IMG/VR virus record: IMGVR_UViG_3300028840_000575
Location: 1-61,704 of that record
From: a virus
Lineage: Duplodnaviria > Caudoviricetes
Length of the DNA: 61,704 nt
Direction: 5' to 3' (one strand)
Notes under the pieces: generated by a model
Database searches by the model: none
What the model was told of the DNA's origin: nothing
The model's input: only the letters and a program-made list of their open reading frames with translations
In this document: positions 1 to 8,944 of the stretch, one piece after another
Numbering within the stretch: the stretch's first letter is position 1
Layout of the letters: the number at the start of each line of letters is the position of its first letter
Position numbers and translations under genes: made by a program

Positions 1-144
1 AACTGACGATGATATTCGTTCTGCTAGATTAGGGTATTCTGAAAAGGATGGAAGGATTTCCATACCTGTTTATGACAAAGATTGGAATGTCATAAACATC
101 AGAAAATATCTGCCAGGAGCTCCTGGACCGGAGAAGATGAAGAA
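1..144. repeat. Terminal direct repeat, copy 1 (circular-assembly overlap)
   Basis: 1..144 is identical to 61561..61704 and lies mid-ORF, so the unit genome is 61,560 bp. Confidence 0.95.
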
Positions 145-2509
145 TACTCCGGGCTATGGTGGAAGCCATATTTATCAAATAGACCAGTTACAAAAGTATG
201 ATAAGATATGGTTATGTGGAGGAGAACTGAAAGCACTTGCAGTATCCAAATTCTTAAATAAGAATAAAGTTGGTGCTGTTGCGATCACTGCTGGAGAAGG
301 TAATTGGGAGACAAAATTAACAGATCAATTTGAGGGGAAAGAAGTTTACATATGCTATGATGTAGACGAAGCTGGTGTTAGAGGTGCTAAGACTGTCGCT
401 GGTTATCTATGTTATAAAGCATCTAATGTGAAACTTATACATATCCCTTTAGATAAAAAGAAATATCCTAAAGGAGATATCAACGATTATATTGGACAGG
501 AGAAAGCAACAGAAAAACAAATTCTAAAGTTAATGGAAGAATCTGAGAAATGGGTTCTACCTTCTTTGGAACAAGAAGAGGATGAAGAAAATGTTAAGAT
601 TAAACAGGTATCTTTATTAAATTCAACAAGATCTGAAAATATAGGTAAAAGAATAGAGGTCCATGCTCTTATATCTGCAATGGATACTCAGCCTTATATT
701 ATACCTAAAGAAATTATATGTGATTGTCCTCTTAATCAGAAGAATTGTGCGATGTGTCCTGTTATGAGATGCGAACCGGATGACAACAATTGCAGGAAGC
801 TGTATATTAATTCTACTTCGCCATGTCTCTTAGATATGATCAATACTTCTAAGAGGACACAACACCAGTCAATACAAGAAGCACTAAGAATTCCACCATG
901 TAAAGCAATTAACTTTAGGATAACAGATAACTATACTATCCTGGATGTCAGGCTTATACCAAAGCTAACTATAAGTCAAGAACATAATGAAAACCTTGTT
1001 CAACCTGCCTTAATAATTGGGCATGGTATAGAGATGAATACTCCTTATATATTAAAAGGAAAACCATATCCACATCCAAGGAATCAACAAGCTGTTCTAC
1101 TTATAAATAAAATAGAAATAGATAAAGATAGCTTGACATCTTTTAAATTATCTAAGAAAGATTTGAATGTATTGAAGATATTCCAGCCTGAAGAATGGAA
1201 TATAAAATCCTTAGAAGAAAAGCTAAATCATATATACGCAGATTTAGAAGCCAATGTTACAAGGATATTCCAAAGAAGAGATTTGCACATTCTTGTAGAT
1301 CTTTGCTATTTTTCAAGTCTACTAATGAATTTCGATGGACAGACTGTAAAAGCCTGGACCAATGTTATAGTCGTTGGAGATTCTTCACAAGGTAAATCTG
1401 AAACAACTATAAAATTGATGGAGCATTATCAACTCGGTGAGAGGGTTGAATGTAAAAACGCAACAGTCGCTGGGCTATTAGGCGGTTTGAATCAAATTGG
1501 AAATAGATGGTTCGTTTCTTGGGGAATGATCCCAACACATGATCGTAGATTAATAATCCTTGAAGAAGTAAAAGGCACTTCACCAGAAGTTTTAGGTAAG
1601 CTGACAGACATGAGATCTTCTGGGATTGCAGAAATACCTAAGATTGAGAAACGAAGAACATGGGCAAGGACAAGACTAATCTTCATCTCTAATCCTAGAT
1701 CTAGTAGAGCTATGAGTACTTACAATTTTGGAATAGAAACTATTTCAGAGTTAATGGGGAATCCAGAAGACGTAAGAAGATTTGATACAGCATTGATAGT
1801 TTCATCTAATCAAATTGATCCTAGTGTTATCAATATGTTATCAAGTCATAGACCAAAGGTTGAGCATATCTACACTTCTGATCTTTGCCATAAACTTATT
1901 CTTTGGGCATGGACAAGAAAGCCAGAGCAGATTATATTTGAAGATGAAGCAAATAATTATATATTTGAATCTTCTAATTATTTCTGTGATAAATATACTG
2001 AAATATTTCCTTTAGTTGATCGCGGTACTATGCGACACAAGATGGCTAGACTTGCAGTATCTATAGCGACAAGGACATTCAGTTCTGATGATGAAGGACG
2101 TATCTTAATTAAGAAATGCCATGTTGAATTTGTAAAACAATTCCTTGATAGAATTTATGAGTCCAAAGTATTTGGATATTCTGACTTCAGTGCTGCACAA
2201 ACTTATTCTCAAAATGTTTTAGATCCTGATTTAATACGTAGAAGAATACAAAGCACTAGATATCCAAAAGATTTGGTTGAAAATTTATTATTCGCTAATG
2301 AAATCACAATGGAAGATCTTTGTGACTGGTGTGAAGTAGATAGAGATGCTGCTCGTGGTTTATTATCTTTCTTTGTAAGAAAACATGCGTTGAAAAGAAT
2401 TAAAAGAGAATACTATAAAACTTCTGGATTCATAGAATTATTAAGATCTATGAAGGATAAAGGTGTTAGCGATAACCAGGAAATAGAATCTGATAGAGAG
2501 GAATTTTAA
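1..2509 (+). CDS. Primase-helicase fusion, main part (TOPRIM primase + MCM-like AAA+ helicase); true start at 61190 across the junction, about 959 aa
   Basis: TOPRIM-like WLCGGELKAL and CYDVDEAG, KGDINDY; Zn motif CDCPLNQKNCAMC; Walker A VGDSSQGKSE, Walker B LIILEEV, FISNP, arginine finger RRFD; in frame with ATG 61190. Confidence 0.85.
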   Translation, partial: TDDDIRSARLGYSEKDGRISIPVYDKDWNVINIRKYLPGAPGPEKMKNTPGYGGSHIYQIDQLQKYDKIWLCGGELKALAVSKFLNKNKVGAVAITAGEGNWETKLTDQFEGKEVYICYDVDEAGVRGAKTVAGYLCYKASNVKLIHIPLDKKKYPKGDINDYIGQEKATEKQILKLMEESEKWVLPSLEQEEDEENVKIKQVSLLNSTRSENIGKRIEVHALISAMDTQPYIIPKEIICDCPLNQKNCAMCPVMRCEPDDNNCRKLYINSTSPCLLDMINTSKRTQHQSIQEALRIPPCKAINFRITDNYTILDVRLIPKLTISQEHNENLVQPALIIGHGIEMNTPYILKGKPYPHPRNQQAVLLINKIEIDKDSLTSFKLSKKDLNVLKIFQPEEWNIKSLEEKLNHIYADLEANVTRIFQRRDLHILVDLCYFSSLLMNFDGQTVKAWTNVIVVGDSSQGKSETTIKLMEHYQLGERVECKNATVAGLLGGLNQIGNRWFVSWGMIPTHDRRLIILEEVKGTSPEVLGKLTDMRSSGIAEIPKIEKRRTWARTRLIFISNPRSSRAMSTYNFGIETISELMGNPEDVRRFDTALIVSSNQIDPSVINMLSSHRPKVEHIYTSDLCHKLILWAWTRKPEQIIFEDEANNYIFESSNYFCDKYTEIFPLVDRGTMRHKMARLAVSIATRTFSSDDEGRILIKKCHVEFVKQFLDRIYESKVFGYSDFSAAQTYSQNVLDPDLIRRRIQSTRYPKDLVENLLFANEITMEDLCDWCEVDRDAARGLLSFFVRKHALKRIKREYYKTSGFIELLRSMKDKGVSDNQEIESDREEF

Positions 2510-2511
2510 AA

Positions 2512-2991
2512 ATGAAAACAGCTTTTGAAATGGTGCAAGAGTTCCATGAAAAATATGGGTATCCTGTGAATGTTTGTCCTAATCCCACGGATGAATTAAA
2601 ATTCACTTACAAAATACTTGGAGATATGTTGATAGGTATAGCCAAAACGATTGAGGAAAATGCTATACATTATCAAAACCAAGGCGATCCTACTCTGTAC
2701 AGACTGCATTTAAATATGGAAGAACTTGGTGAATTATGTATTGCTTTCAGTGAAGGCGATGATGTTAAGATCTTTGATGCAGAAGTAGATCTAGCTTATG
2801 TTGTTACTGGTTTAGCAGTTACTTTTGGATTACCTCTTCCAGAAGGATTCGCAGAAGTTCATCGTAGTAATATGACGAAAGCTCATCCATCAGAAGGTGG
2901 CGGAGCAAGAATGAGAAGGAAAGGATCTGATTATAGTCCTCCAGAATTAGAACAGTTGCTATTTAGGAGTAGAAACAATGAGACCGTATGA
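2512..2991 (+). CDS. MazG-like / PRA-PH family nucleotide pyrophosphohydrolase
   Basis: VQEFHEKY, EELGEL, DAEVDLAYV, FAEVHRSNMTK motifs. Confidence 0.8.
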   Translation: MKTAFEMVQEFHEKYGYPVNVCPNPTDELKFTYKILGDMLIGIAKTIEENAIHYQNQGDPTLYRLHLNMEELGELCIAFSEGDDVKIFDAEVDLAYVVTGLAVTFGLPLPEGFAEVHRSNMTKAHPSEGGGARMRRKGSDYSPPELEQLLFRSRNNETV

Positions 2992-4018
2992 TAACATTGA
3001 CACTATGTTCTTAGATGCTTGCACTTGTATAAATATTGCAGGTAGAGAAACTCCATCACGAGATGGATTCAGCAAAGAAATACTTGGATATTGTGGTAGA
3101 TTACTAAATCCACGTGCTAATTTTCTTGTGAATCCTACAAGAAAATTAAGTCCTCCATATGCTGCTGCTGAATTCTTATGGTATCTTAGTGGAACAGATC
3201 AAATTGAGATGATCCAAAAATATGCTCCTCAGTATAAAAGATTTACTGAAGATGGTAAAACTGCATGGGGATCCTATGGTCATAGATGGCTTCGTGATCC
3301 TTCGTTTACAAAAGAATGTTTAAAATGTTCTGAGGATTTTAATTTTGATGTAGATGAATTTATAAAAGAGGATAGACTCAAAGCTCCTATCAGTCAATTA
3401 CAGGCTATTGCATGGTTATTGAAAAGAAAACCAGAAAGTCGTCAAGCGGTTATGACGATGTGGAATGCTGGTGATCTTGTTCATGCTATACTTGGAGATA
3501 AAAATGATCTACCCTGTACTACCAGTTTGAATTTTATTATTCGAGAAAATAGATTATATTTAACTGCGACTATGAGATCCAATGATATATGGCTTGGATT
3601 TCCTTATGATGTTTGGTGCTTTACTAATCTGCAAATGTTACTTGCTTCAGTTTTAGATTTAGAATTAGGCTGGTATCAGCATCAAGCAATGTCACTGCAT
3701 GTTTATGATCGTAATATTGAGAGGATGAAGAAGGTGTGTTTTGAAGAAGCACCTAAAGATTATCCTGTATTCTCGTATCATACAGGATTAAATCGTAGTG
3801 CAAGATTATCTGATACAATACGTAATCTAATCCTCAAAGAAAATGAAATGTCTTCTAATGAGAGATATGATTCGCATCGTGTTTCTGAGGATACTGTTAT
3901 ATCCACATTGTTAGGACAATGCTATACGATGTGTGGACTTAAATGGGATTATGAAAATGCCATAAACCATATTATGAATTCAGATTTGAAACACTATTGT
4001 GAAAATCTAAGGAGTTAG
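2978..4018 (+). CDS. Thymidylate synthase-fold enzyme, probable dCMP hydroxymethylase (or methylase)
   Basis: AEFLWYLSG, WGSYGHR, SRQAV, catalytic LPCT, MRSNDIWLGFPYD with Asp at the base-specificity position, SLHVY. Confidence 0.8.
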   Translation: MRPYDNIDTMFLDACTCINIAGRETPSRDGFSKEILGYCGRLLNPRANFLVNPTRKLSPPYAAAEFLWYLSGTDQIEMIQKYAPQYKRFTEDGKTAWGSYGHRWLRDPSFTKECLKCSEDFNFDVDEFIKEDRLKAPISQLQAIAWLLKRKPESRQAVMTMWNAGDLVHAILGDKNDLPCTTSLNFIIRENRLYLTATMRSNDIWLGFPYDVWCFTNLQMLLASVLDLELGWYQHQAMSLHVYDRNIERMKKVCFEEAPKDYPVFSYHTGLNRSARLSDTIRNLILKENEMSSNERYDSHRVSEDTVISTLLGQCYTMCGLKWDYENAINHIMNSDLKHYCENLRS

Positions 4019-4019
4019 T

Positions 4020-4595
4020 ATGTTTATTATAGAAGGTCCAGATTGTGTCGGGAAGACAACTGTCGCTGATAAAGTAGTTGAAATGGCAAATAGCTATGGA
4101 TCTTTCCCTATCTATTATCAGCATATGACTCGACCACCACGACATTTTGATTTCTGTTTTCATTACTTAGATATGATGTCTAAGTATGCGGTCATGGATC
4201 GTTTTCATCTTGGTGCTTTGGCTTATCATCCAGCAGATACTTTACCTGCATATCAAAGAAAATTTGTAGAGAGTCAGCTATATCAAAAAGGCTCTATCAT
4301 TGTGATCATGTATGCAAGTAATCCACTACGATACAGAGAGAAATTAGAAGCTCATGCATCACAACGTAAAGAGATGTTTGACTTTGATGTTCTTGTTAAT
4401 GCTAATGCGATCTTTACGGAATTAGCATTATCTGGTAATTATGATTATACATGGGATATCACACAGTCTAACTATCCGGATTCATCAATTGAATTCAGAT
4501 ATCCAGATAAGGAAGTTTTAAAAACTTGGATAGAAACGTGGTTTAAGAGTTTACATATATTGGAGATGTGGAAACATGGCGGACGGATTGACTAG
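4020..4595 (+). CDS. dNMP / thymidylate kinase-like protein
   Basis: IIEGPDCVGKTT P-loop, MDRFHL motif; adjacent to the TS-fold gene. Confidence 0.8.
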   Translation: MFIIEGPDCVGKTTVADKVVEMANSYGSFPIYYQHMTRPPRHFDFCFHYLDMMSKYAVMDRFHLGALAYHPADTLPAYQRKFVESQLYQKGSIIVIMYASNPLRYREKLEAHASQRKEMFDFDVLVNANAIFTELALSGNYDYTWDITQSNYPDSSIEFRYPDKEVLKTWIETWFKSLHILEMWKHGGRID

Positions 4596-5064
4596 AATAA
4601 AAGAAACGTTGTTACAAGAATGTGAAATAGTAACTTCACTTGCAGAATCAAAGACACGATGCAAAAGAAAAGGTGTAGGATGTCAGCTTACAAGATTCCA
4701 TGAAAGAGGAATGTTAGCACTCCCAGCAGTTTATAATGGTCCTGCACATGAAGATTTAAAATGTACAGGAGAGATTGGAAATTGTGGTTGTATGCACAGC
4801 GAACCTCAGGCAATTATAGATTGTCTTAAGAGGCCGTACAATAATTACAAATTCATTCTTCTGTGTACTTATTCACCATGCACGAATTGTGCTAATATTA
4901 TAATTAATTCCGGGATTGTTGAAGGTGTTGTTTATGATATTCTTACGGAGCATGACAAACGTGGTGATGAGATTCTAAGAAAATTTATGCCTGTGGTAAC
5001 TATAGAAGATATTAGAAATGGACATGTAGATGCGATACTTAGCTCCTGGATCAATTCTTATTGA
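4576..5064 (+). CDS. dCMP deaminase family protein
   Basis: CKRKGVG, YNG, HSE...SPCTNC zinc deaminase motif. Confidence 0.85.
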   Translation: MADGLTRIKETLLQECEIVTSLAESKTRCKRKGVGCQLTRFHERGMLALPAVYNGPAHEDLKCTGEIGNCGCMHSEPQAIIDCLKRPYNNYKFILLCTYSPCTNCANIIINSGIVEGVVYDILTEHDKRGDEILRKFMPVVTIEDIRNGHVDAILSSWINSY

Positions 5065-6982
5065 AGAGATTAGTGAACTTCCAAATATAGCAAGATCTAA
5101 AGAATTATTTTTAGATGTTGAAACTAATTGGAATGATCTACCTTGTAAACATAAGGGCGATAAAAGTAAAAAGATCACAGATTCTATGCCTTTCCATGGA
5201 GATAGAATCTGCGGTTTTTCATGCACAATTGACGATGATCCTACAGCATGGTATATTCCAATAAGACACAGAGATACTAAATGGAATTTACCATTAGAGA
5301 ATGTTCAACGCTGGATGAAAGATGTAATCGGGACTTGTGAAGATTGGGTGAATCACAATATAAACTTTGATGCTCATTTCGTTAAAAGAGAGGGTGTGGA
5401 TTTTGGTGGCAGACTGGTAGATACTCTTACACTTGCTAAATTAATTGATAGTGATCGCTTCAGCCATGATCTAAAATCTTTATGTAAAGAATGGTGTGGA
5501 TTAGAAATGGATGAAACGAATAGAGTAAAAGCATATTTAAAGGGCGAAAAAAGTTGCGATTATTCTATTGTCCCTGCTGATATACTTGGGGAATATGCAA
5601 ATCAAGATGTCTTCGGATGCAGAACATTATATAGGTATCTACAGAAAAAGAAAACAAAAGATTTAAATAACGTATGGGAAACTGAAATTCTATTTACTCC
5701 AGTCCTATTCGATATTGAAGAATTTGGGATGCCTGTAAATGAACAGCAACTTAAGATAGAATTAGTAAAGTCTATCGATAAATCTATACGATTAGAATCT
5801 GAATTAACGAAACTAATAGATTCTGAAATAAACCCTAATAGTAATCAACAGGTTTATGATTTATTGATTAATAGATTTGGTCTTCCTATACTGGCAACAA
5901 CTGATAAAGGTGGTGCATCGTTTGATAAAGATGCTCTACTCATGTATAAGAATCATCCACAAGTTTTATTAGATCCAAATCTAGGGCATATTATTTCATT
6001 GTTATCAGAGACTTCTGAAGAAAGCCACTTTAGAAGTCTTTATCTTGAAAATTTCTTAAGGCTGCAAGTTGATGGAATTCTTCACCCTTCATATAATCAA
6101 TGTGTACGGACAGGAAGACTTTCTTGCAGATCTCCAAATGCTCAACAATTAAATTCAAGAGCTAAAGGTTTAATTGTACCTTTGCCAGGATATGGCATTA
6201 ATTCTCGTGATTATTCACAAATTGAGTTTAGATTAATTGTTCACTATATCAATGATCTTGCTGCAATAGAAGCATATAACATAGATCCAAATACTGACTT
6301 CCATCAATGGGTTGCGGACATGGGACATATCACACGTAAGATTGCGAAGAATGTTAATTTCGCAGTTGCATTCGGTGGTGGAAAAGGTAAAGTGACTTCT
6401 ATGCTCAAAGGCACAGAGGATATTGTGAATGAGATGTTGGAGAAGTCAAATAGATGGGAAGAAGATCCATCTCAATTTATAAATGAATTTCCAAGTGATG
6501 CTCAATTCAACGATAAAGTATCTGTGTTTAAATATTTCTTAGACCAGAGAGCAAATGAAGTCTATAGTGGTTATCATGAAAGATTGCCAGGAATAAAATC
6601 TTGTTCACGAAGAGCAGGTAATAAAATTGCCGAACGCGGATTTGTTTTCAATGCTTATGGGAGAAGAAGACATCTTCCAACTAAGCTGCAATATCGTGCG
6701 TTCAATGCAATCATACAATCTTGTGCAAGTGATATCATGAAAGATTGTATGATTCGCATCGCTCCAAGATATAATAAATTTATAAGAGATCTTGGAATGA
6801 ATTTCTTTGCACTGGTCCATGATGAAGCTGCGGACATTGCACCTAAAGAAATTTGTGAAGACAAAATAGTGCAAGCCAAAATAACCAAGATGTTCCAGGA
6901 AACTAGCGTGCCATTTAAAGTACCTATAGTAATGGATCACAATTACAGCTCTATAAATTGGGCTGAGGCATCCGAAAAATAA
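5030..6982 (+). CDS. polA: DNA polymerase family A with 3'-5' exonuclease
   Basis: Exo LDVET, HNINFD, YANQD; RTGRLSCRSPNAQQ; motif A DYSQIEFR, motif B RKIAKNVNFAVAFG, motif C VHDE. Confidence 0.95.
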   Translation: MRYLAPGSILIEEISELPNIARSKELFLDVETNWNDLPCKHKGDKSKKITDSMPFHGDRICGFSCTIDDDPTAWYIPIRHRDTKWNLPLENVQRWMKDVIGTCEDWVNHNINFDAHFVKREGVDFGGRLVDTLTLAKLIDSDRFSHDLKSLCKEWCGLEMDETNRVKAYLKGEKSCDYSIVPADILGEYANQDVFGCRTLYRYLQKKKTKDLNNVWETEILFTPVLFDIEEFGMPVNEQQLKIELVKSIDKSIRLESELTKLIDSEINPNSNQQVYDLLINRFGLPILATTDKGGASFDKDALLMYKNHPQVLLDPNLGHIISLLSETSEESHFRSLYLENFLRLQVDGILHPSYNQCVRTGRLSCRSPNAQQLNSRAKGLIVPLPGYGINSRDYSQIEFRLIVHYINDLAAIEAYNIDPNTDFHQWVADMGHITRKIAKNVNFAVAFGGGKGKVTSMLKGTEDIVNEMLEKSNRWEEDPSQFINEFPSDAQFNDKVSVFKYFLDQRANEVYSGYHERLPGIKSCSRRAGNKIAERGFVFNAYGRRRHLPTKLQYRAFNAIIQSCASDIMKDCMIRIAPRYNKFIRDLGMNFFALVHDEAADIAPKEICEDKIVQAKITKMFQETSVPFKVPIVMDHNYSSINWAEASEK

Positions 6983-7080
6983 TTAAATATTATCGGGCCT
7001 AAAATGGGGAGTTTACGTAAGTACCTGGAAAATAAGGTACTTATAGGTGATCATTTTTCGAAATATTTTACAAATTTTCT

Positions 7081-7109
7081 TTGCATTTAGTGGGATTAAA
7101 TTTTATAAT
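7081..7109 (+). promoter_or_regulatory. Sigma70-type promoter
   Basis: TTGCAT(7081)-17 bp-TATAAT(7104), followed by TAATATAG. Confidence 0.75.
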
Positions 7110-7133
7110 TAATATAGAAAGGTTAACTAAAGC

Positions 7134-7292
7134 ATGACTATTAAGGTAACAATCAAAAAAGCAACTGGCAACAAAGCCAAACAATTCACCAACAGTGGTG
7201 ACGCCCATGATTGGATCCGCCGTCAGCTTAGTTACTGCAAAGAAATTGGACAAAAGGTTTTTGGTTATGATTGGGAGAAAACTAATGGCTAA
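7134..7292 (+). CDS. Small early protein, 52 aa (not in ORF track)
   Basis: GAAAGG RBS, MTIKVTIKKATGNK..., directly behind a promoter; stop overlaps the next start. Confidence 0.55.
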   Translation: MTIKVTIKKATGNKAKQFTNSGDAHDWIRRQLSYCKEIGQKVFGYDWEKTNG

Positions 7293-7548
7293 AACTAAAA
7301 AAGCAAAATGCCCGAATTGTGGTGCTGGTATTAAATGGGACTGGGATATGGACTGCTACGCTTATGATCATGGTGAATACCTTAATGATGACACTGGAAG
7401 AATTGGAAATAATGACATCACAATCCATACTTGTAAATGTGGCCAACTGTTAGGTATGATGGTCGTCAATGATGAAGGTGCAACACCTTACAACCATCCG
7501 GAATTAGAAGATGTAGATTGGCAAGAAGAAATTAATTCTAATAATTAA
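7285..7548 (+). CDS. Zinc-ribbon protein, unknown function
   Basis: GGGAG RBS before ATG 7285; CPNC...CKC. Confidence 0.6.
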   Translation: MAKTKKAKCPNCGAGIKWDWDMDCYAYDHGEYLNDDTGRIGNNDITIHTCKCGQLLGMMVVNDEGATPYNHPELEDVDWQEEINSNN

Positions 7549-7549
7549 T

Positions 7550-7578
7550 TTGCATTCTTCAGATTTATATCTTATAAT
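7550..7578 (+). promoter_or_regulatory. Sigma70-type promoter
   Basis: TTGCAT(7550)-17 bp-TATAAT(7573), followed by TAATATAG as at 7081. Confidence 0.75.
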
Positions 7579-7605
7579 TAATATAGTTAAATTAAAGGAG
7601 AAACA

Positions 7606-7704
7606 ATGATTTCAACATTAATTATCACAGTTCCAATGATCCTGATCGGTTATATAAGTTTACGTATTGCCTACAACAATTATAAATCAACTGGTGGATT
7701 TTAA
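7606..7704 (+). CDS. 32-aa single-transmembrane peptide (not in ORF track)
   Basis: AAGGAG RBS; MISTLIITVPMILIGYISLRIAYNNYKSTGGF. Confidence 0.55.
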   Translation: MISTLIITVPMILIGYISLRIAYNNYKSTGGF

Positions 7705-7705
7705 T

Positions 7706-7781
7706 AGGCGATTAACAAAAAGCGATTTCCAAAGCTGCGAGAAATCCCAGCATTAGCCAGTTCGCTCACTGGCAATCGCCT
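7706..7781 (+). ncRNA. Candidate structured RNA (three-way junction) in a 5' leader
   Basis: Stems AGGCGATT/AATCGCCT, GATTTC/GAAATC and GCCAGT/ACTGGC. Confidence 0.4.
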
Positions 7782-7843
7782 TGTGAATAAATCACATTGT
7801 AGTGATTAACAGTTTTAACGCCCTATTCAATAAGGAGCAAGTA

Positions 7844-8287
7844 ATGAGTAAAGTGACACCGAAAAATGGTAATGTCAAAGCACCGAAAACCGATGCAACC
7901 AAAGAAGTCAAAAAGGCAAAGAAAATTGATTATCCTGTAAAGGATGGTCAAAAATTGGCTGAACTGCCGAAGGACTTTGATCCTGAAAAGCACAACCCAA
8001 TTAAGAAAGTGCATTTTGAAAAGTCCTCTGATCATCTGCGACATCGTGCGAGTATCTGCAAACATCGTGCAGATCAGTACCAAAAGCAAGCGGATGATTT
8101 CGCACAGAAAGCCGAACGTATGGAAAAATTCGGCGACGAAAAAACTGCGAAGAAACTCAAGAAGGTCGAAAAGCTTCGCAGCACTTTGGACGATCTCCGT
8201 GCTCAGCTTACCGCGGAAGGCATCAACGTGGACGAAATTCTGTCCGGCGTTGCCGAAGCAAAAGCCGAAGCACCTGTATCCAAGTAA
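7844..8287 (+). CDS. Lys-rich coiled-coil protein, unknown function
   Basis: TAAGGAG RBS at 7831; GC-richer codons than its neighbours; own terminator. Confidence 0.75.
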   Translation: MSKVTPKNGNVKAPKTDATKEVKKAKKIDYPVKDGQKLAELPKDFDPEKHNPIKKVHFEKSSDHLRHRASICKHRADQYQKQADDFAQKAERMEKFGDEKTAKKLKKVEKLRSTLDDLRAQLTAEGINVDEILSGVAEAKAEAPVSK

Positions 8288-8298
8288 TTTTGACGGCT

Positions 8299-8336
8299 AT
8301 GGGCTCGTGGGACATAAAACTCCCACGAGTCTATTT
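8299..8336 (+). terminator. Intrinsic terminator-like hairpin
   Basis: GGCTCGTGGGA-loop-TCCCACGAGTC followed by TATTT. Confidence 0.65.
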
Positions 8337-8565
8337 AGCCTAACTTTATTGGTTGCAATGGTTTATATCAACCCTTAAAATTAGGCTAAAAACGACGATT
8401 GTAAGTGCTTTATTTACAATGGTTTATATTAAAAGTTCCGTATCCGGTCTGTGTTGGTTTTAGGGGTATAATAGTACCTAAAATAAATTTTAACGAATCT
8501 GGGGCCAATCTGGGGCTCTAAAAAACAGGCATTTGGAGCTTAAAACGGGTATTTGGGAGAAAACA

Positions 8566-8943
8566 ATGAGTAAAACGACAAAAGCCAAAAAAGCTGATAT
8601 TTTGGAGAGCATTGGGCATTGTAAAGCATTAATCCGCTATTATAATGAAATGCTTGACGGGGGATTTGAACAAAAAGAACAGCAGATCCAAAATCAAATC
8701 TCAACTTTGCAAAAAGAATTGGATGCACTTCGGGAAAAAAGAGCAAAGGCTCCTGAATCTATAAAAATGTATAGAGCCAGAATAATCGAATTTGAGAAAC
8801 AAATTGATATTGAGCAGGTGCAACCACTGATTCGGAAAGCTGAAAAAACTTTTGCAAAACTTCTTGAGCTTAAAGAACAACTGAAGGATGTCAATATTAG
8901 CTCCGATGATTTAAATCTTCTTAGAGACCTTCTCGGAGAATAA
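8566..8943 (+). CDS. Coiled-coil hypothetical protein
   Basis: GGGAG RBS before ATG 8566; heptad pattern. Confidence 0.7.
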   Translation: MSKTTKAKKADILESIGHCKALIRYYNEMLDGGFEQKEQQIQNQISTLQKELDALREKRAKAPESIKMYRARIIEFEKQIDIEQVQPLIRKAEKTFAKLLELKEQLKDVNISSDDLNLLRDLLGE

Positions 8944-8944
8944 A

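Noticed and set aside
1-144. 144-bp terminal repeat as the biological genome end
   Set aside because: It falls in the middle of the primase-helicase ORF and is best explained as assembler overlap of a circular or permuted genome
2978-4018. Calling this gene thyA
   Set aside because: Asp replaces the dUMP-specifying Asn and the context is base modification
7782-7796. TGTGA-ATAAA-TCACA as a CRP site
   Set aside because: The spacer is 5 bp instead of 6 and it is not positioned at a promoter; more likely a small hairpin
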